Of a DNA stretch of 64,000 nucleotides, positions 46,349-56,428 are shown one piece after another (position 1 is the stretch's first letter; every line of letters starts with the position of its first letter). A program made the position numbers and the translations under genes. The notes beneath the pieces were generated by a model, which was not told the origin of the DNA, ran no database searches, and saw only the letters and a list, made by a program, of their open reading frames with translations. Location: the sequence record NC_028950.1, one strand, 5' to 3'.

Positions 46349-49267
46349 ATGGGCACTATCCGTGACATCATGAACGACGCCCTGGCGGCGTCGTATGACC
46401 CTAGCGGTCAGTTCAGAGCGTCGATGCGTACGCTCGTAGCAGTCATGAACGGAGAGATCGATGACATCTCTCCTGCCAACCCGGTCGTTTTGACTGTCGA
46501 GAACACGGCAGCACTGATTGCGGCTTTCACCGAAAGCATGCAGACTCAGACGCAACGGCTCTTGCAGGTGAATGCTCAGACGCCTGAGGATCTCTACCCT
46601 CACATGGCAGACGTGCATTTCACCAACATCTTCAACCTGCCGGCGAAGACGACTTTCACTCTGATTCTGGATAAGAAGGAAATCCTGAATTCGATGAAAC
46701 CGATCGCCGGCACGATGTCGAGCAAGGTGACGATTCCTCGTGACTCGTACTTCACGATCTCGGATTACGTCTTCGGCATTCACTATCCGATCGACATCAT
46801 CCAGCAAGTGCACGGCGGTATTCGTGTTCAGTACGACACAAGCGAGACGACCGCTCTGCAAGCCCTGTCGACCAACATCCTGAACACGCGCGAAGTCCAG
46901 CGTGACGGTGTGACGTATCTGGCAATCGACATCGACGTCTTCCAGTTCGACATTGCGAGCAAGACGCCAACCGTCACTCAGGGTACGACCTTCAGCTTCA
47001 ATGTGTCGATCACGGATCTGTATTACGCGACTCGTGTCTACATGACGAACGCCGATGGTTCGATGACCGAGATCCCCGTCACGTATAGCGAGAAGATCTA
47101 CGATCCTCTCAAGCCGTGTGCTGTGGTGAAACTGAGCGATGGGAATGTGAACATTTCCATTCCGCAGATCTACATCAACCAGGGCATCATTCTGGGTGTG
47201 TTGCGCTGCGATGTTTACACCACGAAGGGTCCGCTTCAGACGGATTTCTCCAGCTACGCGATCGGGTCGGTGGGTCACCGCTTCAGAGACCTCGATAAGA
47301 ACGCTGTAACGACCTATACGGCCCCGATGCAGCAGTTGGATACCTGCACCCTACTGGCTGAACAGCCGGTCTCTGGCGGCGCTCTGGCGATGACTTTCGA
47401 CGAGTTGCGTACCGCTGTGATCGCTGATGCAATTGGCGACCCCAACATCCCGATCACGCCTGCTCAGATCCAGAACTTCATCACGCGTCTGGGCTACGAC
47501 GTCATCAAGAATACCGACATCGTGACCGACCGTGTGTTCCTGGGTACGAAGAACATGCCGGACCCGACCGATGCGTCTTTGCTGACTGCTGCGAACGCTT
47601 CTATCGAAACGATGAATGCGGCGTTCACCGATCTGATCGGTAACTCGGCAGTGCTCGACAACACGGCGGATTCGAACTCCATCACCTTGACGCCTAAGGC
47701 TATCTACCAATTGGTCGACGGCATGCTCAAGCTGGTGGACGACTCCACGCTCGCTTCGATCAATGCAATGCGCAGCGATCTGAAAGCAGCATACATCACC
47801 AATGGCGGTTTCCTCTATTCGCCGTTTTACTACGTGCTGGATAAGAGCAACAACCAGTTCCGACTGGCGCCTTACTACCTGGATAATCCCCAGGTCTTGT
47901 CTCAGACGTTTGTTCAAGACAACGAAGGCACGCTCCTGCAAGTCAATACCAACGGTTACACGCTGGCAAAGACCGACACAGGCTACAAACTTCGACTCAC
48001 CGTTAAGTCGAATGCTGACTACAAGGCTCTGCTGGACACGGACGTACAGTGCATCCTGGGCTTTAAGTCGCCGACTGAAGAAGATCCCTGCTGGATGGTC
48101 GGTACGATCTACGGAACGGATCCCGTAAGCAAGGAACGGATCTGGGAATTCGATCTCGACTCCAACTTCGCGATGGACGTCACGGATCGGCTGGACTTCC
48201 GTAACTTCAAGATGTACGACACGACCGCGAAGACAATCTTCGCGAATCTCACGCAAGACTTCACGGTTATCTATGCGACGCAATCGCAGCTGGGTAACCT
48301 CTTCGTGCCTGGCCTGATCGACGCACAGCTTCCGCGTTATCTGGTCGGCCTGAATAGCAAGGCGATCTGCCAGGAAAAGCTGTCTTTGCAGTTCGGACAA
48401 GCTTTGTCGAATCTTTGGGCGCGTGCTCGTTCGGTTGCTTCCACGATCGAATACGAAACGTACCCGACGGATGTTATCCTGCGTTACACGGAAGACATCT
48501 GGAAGATCGATCCTGCGACCAATAGCACGATCTTCATGGTCAACGGTAAGCCCACTCGCATTCTTCTGCATGCGAAGGGCGATCCGATGCTGGACGTCAA
48601 TGGCAACCAGCAGATTCAGTATCCGGCTGGTTCGATCGTGTATGACAATACGCAGAATCCGCCTGTACCGATCGTCAAGAACGTTCGTTATCTGAAGCAT
48701 CGCTTCGAGCTCTTCCTGATCGAAGGCGTCTATGCATTCAGTAACGACGACATTGCTATCGCCTATCGTAACACCGTTGCTCAGACGGTGGCTTCGTGGG
48801 TGACGACCGACATGGTGAACGTTCAGAAGGCTTCGATGGATAAGACGCGAGTCTACTTCTATCCGAAGACGATCTTCGGCACCATCGAGGTTATGGTAGC
48901 TGATGGGATTATCCAGCAGATCTCGGCAGGTCAGCGTTTCGACGTTGCATTGACCGTGACCAAGGAAGTCTATCAGGACGACGTTAAACGACTGCTGCTG
49001 ACGAATCAGACGACGACGGTGATTGCCGCCTATCTGAAAGGTCAGACGCTTTCCAACAGCGACATCGTGGATCAGCTTCGCGCTAATTATGGCGAAGACG
49101 TTCTGGATGTTCAGGTATCGCTCTTTGGTGATGCTGCGAACATTCCGGTGATGCAGTTGGTCAATGAAGTCCACTGTTGCGGTATTCGTAAACGACTGGT
49201 GTCGCGTGATGACAACAAGCTGGTCGTGCAGGAAGACATCAACGTGACCTTCACGATGATCCAGTAA
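46349..49267 (+). CDS. Large baseplate wedge-like protein (phiKZ gp87-like)
   Basis: 972 aa; synteny and orientation. Confidence 0.7.
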   Translation: MGTIRDIMNDALAASYDPSGQFRASMRTLVAVMNGEIDDISPANPVVLTVENTAALIAAFTESMQTQTQRLLQVNAQTPEDLYPHMADVHFTNIFNLPAKTTFTLILDKKEILNSMKPIAGTMSSKVTIPRDSYFTISDYVFGIHYPIDIIQQVHGGIRVQYDTSETTALQALSTNILNTREVQRDGVTYLAIDIDVFQFDIASKTPTVTQGTTFSFNVSITDLYYATRVYMTNADGSMTEIPVTYSEKIYDPLKPCAVVKLSDGNVNISIPQIYINQGIILGVLRCDVYTTKGPLQTDFSSYAIGSVGHRFRDLDKNAVTTYTAPMQQLDTCTLLAEQPVSGGALAMTFDELRTAVIADAIGDPNIPITPAQIQNFITRLGYDVIKNTDIVTDRVFLGTKNMPDPTDASLLTAANASIETMNAAFTDLIGNSAVLDNTADSNSITLTPKAIYQLVDGMLKLVDDSTLASINAMRSDLKAAYITNGGFLYSPFYYVLDKSNNQFRLAPYYLDNPQVLSQTFVQDNEGTLLQVNTNGYTLAKTDTGYKLRLTVKSNADYKALLDTDVQCILGFKSPTEEDPCWMVGTIYGTDPVSKERIWEFDLDSNFAMDVTDRLDFRNFKMYDTTAKTIFANLTQDFTVIYATQSQLGNLFVPGLIDAQLPRYLVGLNSKAICQEKLSLQFGQALSNLWARARSVASTIEYETYPTDVILRYTEDIWKIDPATNSTIFMVNGKPTRILLHAKGDPMLDVNGNQQIQYPAGSIVYDNTQNPPVPIVKNVRYLKHRFELFLIEGVYAFSNDDIAIAYRNTVAQTVASWVTTDMVNVQKASMDKTRVYFYPKTIFGTIEVMVADGIIQQISAGQRFDVALTVTKEVYQDDVKRLLLTNQTTTVIAAYLKGQTLSNSDIVDQLRANYGEDVLDVQVSLFGDAANIPVMQLVNEVHCCGIRKRLVSRDDNKLVVQEDINVTFTMIQ

Positions 49268-49278
49268 CATAGATGAAC

Positions 49279-49312
49279 CATACACACCTGGGCTTGCGCC
49301 CAGGTGTGTATG
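49279..49312. terminator. Bidirectional hairpin terminator
   Basis: 15-bp perfect stem between convergent genes. Confidence 0.85.
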
Positions 49313-49323
49313 TGCTCTTTCGT

Positions 49324-51114
49324 TTAGTCTTCTTTCTTCGGCTGACCCGTCACGATACGGAGAGCGTTTTCAGCTTCCGACGTGGACATGGTGATCGAAG
49401 GACGATCTTCATCGTCGTTATCGTCCGAACCGCCAAACGACACCTTCAGGTGCGAGACGGAGACGAACGGCAGCATGTGTTGGTTGACCGTCGATTCCCG
49501 GGCTTCCTTACTCAGGTCCGAGAGATCGTCGACGAGTTCTTCCAGCGAAGGAGGAACCATTTCTTTCACCTTGTTGTAGAGCGCCACGATGCCGGCAGCG
49601 TTCTTCTTCAGGGTATTGACGACATCAGCGGCATTCTTGGTGACTTCCGTGTAAACACGGGAGATCTCCGCATACACTCGCATGAGGCCGGTGTAATTCT
49701 CCGTCAGAATGCGTTGCATGCCGATAATCGTCTTGGCGTTCGCGCGATATTCGGCAGAATCGAACTTCTCCTTGTCCTTCGCATTCTTGCGCAACTCTTC
49801 GGCTTTCGCTTCGAGCTGTGCCATGATCGGTTGAGACTTCTTGAGAAGCTCAATGAACACGATCATGCCTCGCCAGTTAACTTCCTTCAGACGACGGACG
49901 CCGATCTGATAGCCGGAGAGGAGTTCTTCCAGGTCGTTGAAGTTCGGCTCTTTCGAACCAGCATCGTGAATGCTGTCACGAAGAGCCTGCGCCCATGCAG
50001 GTGCGGATTCGAAGGTATGGGAACCGATCTTGAACGCAGCCGGCCGTTCGTCCGAGATCTTAGCCAGGGACAGAAGGGACGACTCTTCTTTCCGGTGGCT
50101 GGTAAACGTCGCGCTGGAGTCTGCGAATGCGGACTGACCTGCTTTCATGAAGTTGAAGGCTTCTTCCAGCGCATCCAGTTCGGACACCATGATCTTGCTG
50201 TAGCTGTTAAAGCCCTCGAACGATGCAGTGATGAGTGACATCGCATCACTGCGTTCTTGAGCGAAAACAACCCGAGCGTAACGACTCGGCTTTCTCATGT
50301 ATTCCAGAACTTCTTTGCCGCCTTCGACGCCCATCAGAGCTTCGCCCAAATCGATCTTCAGAAAATGCTCGCGCTGTGCTTTCGGATCGATTTGCGTGTT
50401 GTCGAGCAGATCGGGAATCTCCCGAATGATCTGGTCTTGAATCGATTCAGGCAGAGAGGACTTGCGGATTTCCTCGTGGCTGATAGCATTCGGCATCCGG
50501 ACGTTCAGCTGCTTGCCCTTCACGGACTTAACCTTCGAGACCGTGCGTTCAAGAACCTTTTCCTGTTGCTCGACTTTCTTCTCGGATTCGCGAACGCCTT
50601 CTTCCGCTTTATCCAGAGAACCGCTGCCACCGCCACTCGATCCGTTTCCACCACCGAATAGCCAGCTGATGAACTTGTAGATGATGGCGACGAGAAACGC
50701 TGCTGCTGCCGCGATCACCACCCACATCTGGCCCGAGATCGCTTCCAGACTCGGCTCATAGCCAACGCCGGAAACATCTTCAGTGAAGTAGCTGGGCTTG
50801 ATGTGGGATTCGAGAGACGGAACGAGTTCCAGAAGCTCGTAAGCCATCCCACGACTCATGCCCTTTTCCTTCTTCATCCGACGTTCCAGATCGACGAGGC
50901 GCTGGACGTAGGATTCGGTCGAGATGATCAGATCGATGTCGTCCTTCATCTCCGGAAATTCGTTGGCCAATTCCGGTTGTTTGAAGAACGACGTATCGGG
51001 CATCTCGAAGCCGCTGTTGGGACCGCCGTCAGCTGCCGACTGCATGGCTTGCTTACGGATGTCCTCGTTGTCGTTGAACTTGTCCCACGTGAAAATGGAG
51101 TCGCCTCGCATCAT
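49324..51114 (-). CDS. Processed internal head protein with TM helix (phiKZ gp86-like)
   Basis: STE, SLE sites, then MWVVIAAAAAFLVAIIYKFISWLFGGG. Confidence 0.65.
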   Translation of the reverse strand: MMRGDSIFTWDKFNDNEDIRKQAMQSAADGGPNSGFEMPDTSFFKQPELANEFPEMKDDIDLIISTESYVQRLVDLERRMKKEKGMSRGMAYELLELVPSLESHIKPSYFTEDVSGVGYEPSLEAISGQMWVVIAAAAAFLVAIIYKFISWLFGGGNGSSGGGSGSLDKAEEGVRESEKKVEQQEKVLERTVSKVKSVKGKQLNVRMPNAISHEEIRKSSLPESIQDQIIREIPDLLDNTQIDPKAQREHFLKIDLGEALMGVEGGKEVLEYMRKPSRYARVVFAQERSDAMSLITASFEGFNSYSKIMVSELDALEEAFNFMKAGQSAFADSSATFTSHRKEESSLLSLAKISDERPAAFKIGSHTFESAPAWAQALRDSIHDAGSKEPNFNDLEELLSGYQIGVRRLKEVNWRGMIVFIELLKKSQPIMAQLEAKAEELRKNAKDKEKFDSAEYRANAKTIIGMQRILTENYTGLMRVYAEISRVYTEVTKNAADVVNTLKKNAAGIVALYNKVKEMVPPSLEELVDDLSDLSKEARESTVNQHMLPFVSVSHLKVSFGGSDDNDDEDRPSITMSTSEAENALRIVTGQPKKED

Positions 51115-51125
51115 GGCGGGTCACC

Positions 51126-51602
51126 TCACGAGAGCGAGATCTTGTTGCACTCGCGCAACTTGCAGATGAGCAGGTTGGCCATCTGGAGAACGGCCGATGC
51201 CTGCATGCCGACTTCCTTGATGGCGTTCCACACTTCGACCGACATGATCGGAGCGATGCCCAGTGCCGTGGCCAGGAATTCGAATTCCGGGTTCACGTTG
51301 TAGTCGCACGCTTCGCCGTTCAGGATACGGCTGCGCAGCAGGAACATCATCTTCGCAGCTTCACAGGCTGCTTGCACGTCGATGAGCATTTCCTCGTTCA
51401 GGAACGAGACCGTACGCGCGACGTTTGCCGTGTGTGCATCTGCGAACACCGTCATCGGGTTCAGTTCGTTGCCGATCTTCGGAACGAGATGGTTGCCGAT
51501 TGCCATGCCGATGATGACCGGCAGGATCAGGCGACGCTTGGTGGAATCGGGCAGCATGAGGCTGACCTTGCCAGCGAATTCTTGGACTTCGAGATTCTGC
51601 AT
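51126..51602 (-). CDS. Virion protein (phiKZ gp85-like)
   Basis: Synteny. Confidence 0.55.
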   Translation of the reverse strand: MQNLEVQEFAGKVSLMLPDSTKRRLILPVIIGMAIGNHLVPKIGNELNPMTVFADAHTANVARTVSFLNEEMLIDVQAACEAAKMMFLLRSRILNGEACDYNVNPEFEFLATALGIAPIMSVEVWNAIKEVGMQASAVLQMANLLICKLRECNKISLS

Positions 51603-51617
51603 GATGGTGACCTGTGG

Positions 51618-52949
51618 TTAAGCGTTACGGAACTTGTTTGCGTAGTAGAACAGCTTGTTGGACGCCATGTCTTCGAGCTGTTGCTGGAATTCGATCTGTT
51701 TGCGTTTGTTGACGCCCGACGGAATCAGGTAGTCATAGACCAGGCCCACGAGCTGGGTATGGTCCTTGAAGTTTTCGTTGGTCTTGTCGATGATGTCGAT
51801 ATCTTCGCGGATGCGAGCCGAATCTTCTTTCGTCAGACCGGGTTCCTTCAGTTCGTTCACGAGATCGTTGCGGATACGCGTGAAACGACGACCAGCTTTG
51901 TCGTACCAGTCGTGATGGGCATCTGCCAGCAGGAGACCAGCGAGCAACACGAACGTCGTGTATGCGCCATAGACCTGACCGACTGCGATTTCGAAGATGC
52001 CGAGCGCCAGCACACAGACCTTCACGAATTCCATGAAGAAGTAGCCGACCCAGCCACGACGATAGATCGTGCCCTTGTACATCTTGTCCAGACCTGTCAC
52101 GAGATCCTTACCGGCGCCATGACGCGTTGCGAACTGATCCGACAGAGCTTCGAAGCTGTTGATGTCGTAGCCTTCCACGCCCGACTGGCTGCGGTTGTTG
52201 CGTGCCAGGTTCGAGATGATGACCGTGTAGATCGTCGTGTTGTTCTTGTTGCCGAGATCCTGGGCATCGATGTTCGTCAAGGACAACATGTCGCCAGCTT
52301 CCTTGATGATGATCTCACGCTTGCCGTGATCGGTCGTACCGTCCAGTTCACGCACCATCGTGATGAGGATCTGGTTGGTCGTACGGAAGCGGATCAGGTG
52401 TTCGAAGAACGACCAGACGTGACCGACTTCATGCAGGATGATCGCCGAGAGTTCAGGACTCGTGTATTCACGGCCGTCGAAGAGCTTGTAGAGCAGACCC
52501 TTGTTGCCGTAGATCATTGCAGCATTCAGGTACATCTTGATCGGCGGCAGATCTGCCAGGTAACCGTCCACCCAGCCTGCGTTCAGATCCATGAACGCAC
52601 GCACTTCCTTGTTCTGGCTCTTGCGGATGTCGGCGAGCGAGCGCTTGGAGAGCGTCGTGTCCTTCCAGCCGTAACCTTCAAGCAGCGGGCTGTTCTTGTC
52701 CAGATGCGGGGGTTCCGTCATCATGGGCATGTCCGAGACGCTGACCTCGAAGTTGATGTTCGTGTTTTCTTTGATGCATTTTGCGACTGCGATCTCGAAC
52801 TCGGTGCGAGTATTACCGTCGCTCTTGGTACGGTACTCGTCGATGATCGCCGTCATCTCGCGGTGAAAGCGATCGTTCTGGAACGAGATGCTCTCCGGCG
52901 AGTAGATGGGATTGATGGTGGTAAACATGTTTTGGCCGACCTTTGTCAA
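51618..52949 (-). CDS. Virion protein with zincin (M48-like) motif and TM hairpin (phiKZ gp84-like)
   Basis: AIILHEVGH plus downstream EALSDQFA; two hydrophobic helices. Confidence 0.7.
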   Translation of the reverse strand: MTKVGQNMFTTINPIYSPESISFQNDRFHREMTAIIDEYRTKSDGNTRTEFEIAVAKCIKENTNINFEVSVSDMPMMTEPPHLDKNSPLLEGYGWKDTTLSKRSLADIRKSQNKEVRAFMDLNAGWVDGYLADLPPIKMYLNAAMIYGNKGLLYKLFDGREYTSPELSAIILHEVGHVWSFFEHLIRFRTTNQILITMVRELDGTTDHGKREIIIKEAGDMLSLTNIDAQDLGNKNNTTIYTVIISNLARNNRSQSGVEGYDINSFEALSDQFATRHGAGKDLVTGLDKMYKGTIYRRGWVGYFFMEFVKVCVLALGIFEIAVGQVYGAYTTFVLLAGLLLADAHHDWYDKAGRRFTRIRNDLVNELKEPGLTKEDSARIREDIDIIDKTNENFKDHTQLVGLVYDYLIPSGVNKRKQIEFQQQLEDMASNKLFYYANKFRNA

Positions 52950-53024
52950 CGGTAATTAAAAATCAGACGACACAATGTTGTGCCTGAAATTGTCCTACGC
53001 CTCATAAAAAAGGTGCGAAATAGA

Positions 53025-55118
53025 ATGGATAATATTCTGTTACTCAACAAGAGGAACAAAACAGCAGTTTACCCTGGTGATCTGTTGGTCATTGACATTG
53101 ACAGAACGTGTCCGATTCTTGGAAATCCATTTCCGATGAAGGACCCAAGCGATGAAGAAAGAGAGCGAGTAGTCGACTCTTATCGTCGTTATTTTGAAAA
53201 AGAATACGAAGCTGGTGGCGCTCTGACAAAGAGAGTTCACGAGCTAACAGACCTGGTTCGCTCTGGTAAGCGGATCGGTCTTAGATGCTGGTGTCATCCT
53301 AAGCGATGTCACGGCAACATCATCATTTCCAAAATCAAAGAACTACTGGAAGGAAACATGACTGAATCGCCTCAACAACCCAGTAAAGAGTTTCTGAACT
53401 ATCCTTTCGCCAAAGAAGATATCGACTACGTCGAGTGTCGTTTCGCTATCCACATTCCGAAGGACAAGCACAACGACAAGAGTATCGACCTTCATGCGGT
53501 CAAGGAAATCATCCACTTCAAGGATGGTACGACCAAACCGTGGGTGAAGTACATCCCGAATTACCAGTGCAAATTCTGGACGACGAAGCCTCATGTTCGT
53601 AACGGCCGGTTTGCACACAAGCAAAAGAAAGAATGGGAGTCACTGGATAACCTGATCGAAGGTCAGGCTACGGCTTCCGGCATGGGTTTTGCAGTTGCTC
53701 GTGCGTTGGACCAGATGCGTCTTGCTGATCGTATCTTCGATCTGAAGGATTCGCCTTTCGTCTACGGTCTCGATATTCCGTCGACGGTACAGCTTAAGCA
53801 CGACTACACTGTGCGTATGCAAGGTAAAGCGGATACTCCGTTTACCATCGCCTATTCGGATACTGAAACGAACATGCTCGGTATCGAAGAAGGCGCTTCG
53901 AAACACATCATCATGCAGTCGCTCTTCCACGAAGACGGGCGTCTCTTCACGGTGATTCTCGAAGACTTCGTGAAGACGCTGCCTAACCCGCAGAAAGATC
54001 TTCGTGCCCTCTACGACGAACACATGCCTCAGCAAGGCAAGGATCTCGTCAAGGATTGGGAAATCGCAATCGTCAAAGAACCGATCGACATCGTCAAGGC
54101 AATTCTGCAACGATGCCATACGTGGCAGCCTGACTTCCTGTCGTTCTGGAACATGATCTTCGACTTGGACAAAATGATCCAGTGCGTTGAAGACGCCGGT
54201 TATCGTCCTGAAGACATCTTCTGCGATCCTCGTCTACCGCGTGAGTTGCGCTACGCTTTCCTGAAGCGCGCCAACCCATCCAAGACGTCGGCATCGGGTC
54301 GTTTGATGACCAAGAAACCTGCTGACCAATGGCATAGCTGGCTGTGTCCTGCCTCGTTTTACATCATCGACCAGATGGCTACCTACCGTTTCGTTCGTAA
54401 GTCGAAGCAGCTGGAAAAGTCTTACGGTCTGGATGACATTCTGGGCAAGGAACTCGAAGGTCTGGGTAAGCTCAAGCACAAGCCTGCTGAAGGTTTGACT
54501 AAAGCTGAATTCCACATCTTCATGCAACAGAAGTATCCTGGCGAGTACGTGATCTATCACATCTGGGATGCGGTCTGTATGCACCTGCTGACGTTGAAGA
54601 CGAAGGACTTGTCATTCTCGTTGCCAGGTACGACGGAGTTCTCGGACTTCGTGAGCTTTGAATCGGAACCGAAGCGCTATATCCACAAGTTCCATTTCTA
54701 CGCATTGGAAAACCATCGATGCGTGACTGGTGTATCCAGTAAAGCTCTGGTACAAGAATACGACGACATGACCATCTCCACCAAAGGCCACATCGTTACG
54801 CTTGAACCACATTTGACTGTGGATTCGGGGATGAAGATCTTCAATGATTATCCCGAGCTACAGACAAACTTCTACGGCCACAATGCTGACTTGGACGTTA
54901 AGTCCAGTTATCCATACGGCCAGTGGGTTTTCAACATGTCGCGTCAGACGACTGTTCGAGAACTCGTTGAGATCGAAGGTGTGCGAGATCATACTCGCCG
55001 CATCCAAGGTCTTAACATCTCCGGTGGACGCAGTAACGCAGTTGAATTCTGTACTGAGATCTTCGGTCTTCCGACTCTTGCTGAACTCGACAAGATTTAT
55101 GATCAAGCACATGCATAA
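53025..55118 (+). CDS. Family B DNA polymerase exonuclease/N-terminal subunit (phiKZ gp82-like) with in-frame N-terminal DUF4326
   Basis: ExoI YSDTET, ExoII WNMIFD, ExoIII YHIWD, motif A DLDVKSSYP; DUF4326 ILGNPF and CWCHPKRCHG; internal ATG at 53358. Confidence 0.85.
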   Translation: MDNILLLNKRNKTAVYPGDLLVIDIDRTCPILGNPFPMKDPSDEERERVVDSYRRYFEKEYEAGGALTKRVHELTDLVRSGKRIGLRCWCHPKRCHGNIIISKIKELLEGNMTESPQQPSKEFLNYPFAKEDIDYVECRFAIHIPKDKHNDKSIDLHAVKEIIHFKDGTTKPWVKYIPNYQCKFWTTKPHVRNGRFAHKQKKEWESLDNLIEGQATASGMGFAVARALDQMRLADRIFDLKDSPFVYGLDIPSTVQLKHDYTVRMQGKADTPFTIAYSDTETNMLGIEEGASKHIIMQSLFHEDGRLFTVILEDFVKTLPNPQKDLRALYDEHMPQQGKDLVKDWEIAIVKEPIDIVKAILQRCHTWQPDFLSFWNMIFDLDKMIQCVEDAGYRPEDIFCDPRLPRELRYAFLKRANPSKTSASGRLMTKKPADQWHSWLCPASFYIIDQMATYRFVRKSKQLEKSYGLDDILGKELEGLGKLKHKPAEGLTKAEFHIFMQQKYPGEYVIYHIWDAVCMHLLTLKTKDLSFSLPGTTEFSDFVSFESEPKRYIHKFHFYALENHRCVTGVSSKALVQEYDDMTISTKGHIVTLEPHLTVDSGMKIFNDYPELQTNFYGHNADLDVKSSYPYGQWVFNMSRQTTVRELVEIEGVRDHTRRIQGLNISGGRSNAVEFCTEIFGLPTLAELDKIYDQAHA

Positions 55119-55129
55119 AGCATAGGTCA

Positions 55130-55157
55130 CCATTCCTACCCGAAAGGGTAGGAATGG
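55130..55157. terminator. Bidirectional hairpin terminator
   Basis: 12-bp stem, GAAA loop, TATG downstream on both strands. Confidence 0.85.
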
Positions 55158-55169
55158 ATCTATGTCTGC

Positions 55170-55766
55170 TTACCAGAGACCGTAACCAGAAGGCGTATAC
55201 TTAGGCGTTGCTTGCCAGTCCACAACCGTAAAGCCATTGGAACCATACGGACTACAGACCATCGGCCACCAAGTCGATTGACCAGGACAGTAGGTAGCCA
55301 GGTTAATGTTTCCTTCGTTCGTGCCGTTGCGGTAGTAAGTCAAAATTTTGTTATCGAGATCTACAGCGGCACCAACATAATCACCTTGGGTAAAACCCGT
55401 TACGCCATAAGCAACACGGTTGTTATTGCCGTAGATAAGCGAACTTGTCGGGTTGCTGCAATACCAGTAAATTTCACCAGTAGCAGTCGTCCAAGGTGTC
55501 GTTATCAAGCCAGTCGAAGCAGTCCCTAAGCCGATGAGCGGACTATAACTGATGCTACCTTCGAACTGAGTTGCGATGATTTCGAAATAGTACTTGCCTG
55601 AGTTCCTCGACAGCGTCGCCTTTACCGCCTGACCGTAAGGCGAAATGGTGGCTCGAAGATTATTATTCGAAAGCGTTACCTGAGTGCCTTTGTTATTCGG
55701 ATCCCAGGTCGTAGCGGTTGACGCTACTACGACTTTCTTTTTTAAGAGTAGTGTGGATGCTAACAT
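55170..55766 (-). CDS. SPRY/B30.2-like domain protein, likely tail accessory
   Basis: VTLSNNNLRA, SGKYYFEI, GDYVGAAVDLDNKILTYYRNG. Confidence 0.8.
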   Translation of the reverse strand: MLASTLLLKKKVVVASTATTWDPNNKGTQVTLSNNNLRATISPYGQAVKATLSRNSGKYYFEIIATQFEGSISYSPLIGLGTASTGLITTPWTTATGEIYWYCSNPTSSLIYGNNNRVAYGVTGFTQGDYVGAAVDLDNKILTYYRNGTNEGNINLATYCPGQSTWWPMVCSPYGSNGFTVVDWQATPKYTPSGYGLW

Positions 55767-55769
55767 AGA

Positions 55770-56360
55770 TCACCAGAGTCCATAGCCTGCTGGGCAATAT
55801 TTCGGCTGTGCCTGCCAATCAACAATAGTCGGATTACCAGCCTGACCGTTAGGGGAAGCTACGACTGGGTAGAAGACCGTGCCCGCCGAATAAGTAGCGT
55901 AATTAAGAAGACCCTGCGAAACACCGTTCTTGATCCAGTAGACTGTCTTGGCATCCATGTCAAGAGCCACTCCGACAATATCGCCTTGGACCGGATAGTT
56001 ACCGTACTGAATCCGCAGGTTCGACGAGTAGATAAACTGCGAATAAGCTCCGCCGCCGTAATACCAGAACATTTCATAGGTGTTAGTGTTCCATGGCGAC
56101 GTGAATGGAGTGGTGGTCGTACCAAGCCCAACCATCGGCATGTAAAGGGGGTTTGTGCCTTCCCACTGCGTCAGCTTAACCTCGTAATACCATTTTCCTG
56201 AAGTCTTGGAGAGTGTCGCAAAACATGCGCCGCCGGTCGTTCCACAATTCGCACGCAAGTTACCGTTTGATACAGTAACAGAAGAAGCCTTAAGTGTCGG
56301 GCTGAATGTCGTAGTGGTCGACTGAATCTTCTTCTTTAAAAGCAGTGATGATTCAAGCAT
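55770..56360 (-). CDS. SPRY/B30.2-like domain protein, tandem paralogue
   Basis: SGKWYYEV, GDIVGVALDMDAKTVYWIKNG; both paralogues end GYGLW. Confidence 0.8.
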   Translation of the reverse strand: MLESSLLLKKKIQSTTTTFSPTLKASSVTVSNGNLRANCGTTGGACFATLSKTSGKWYYEVKLTQWEGTNPLYMPMVGLGTTTTPFTSPWNTNTYEMFWYYGGGAYSQFIYSSNLRIQYGNYPVQGDIVGVALDMDAKTVYWIKNGVSQGLLNYATYSAGTVFYPVVASPNGQAGNPTIVDWQAQPKYCPAGYGLW

Positions 56361-56428
56361 AAGAAGCCCAGTATAATTTGTCAAAAGTCATAGGATCGCA
56401 TCAGGGCTTGCGCCCTGATGCGAGTCCG

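Noticed and set aside
47351-49285. 644-aa minus-strand ORF and other long antisense ORFs (8389, 13162, 22657, 40951, 51372)
   Set aside because: Each lies fully opposite a well-supported gene; codon bias suppresses antisense stops.
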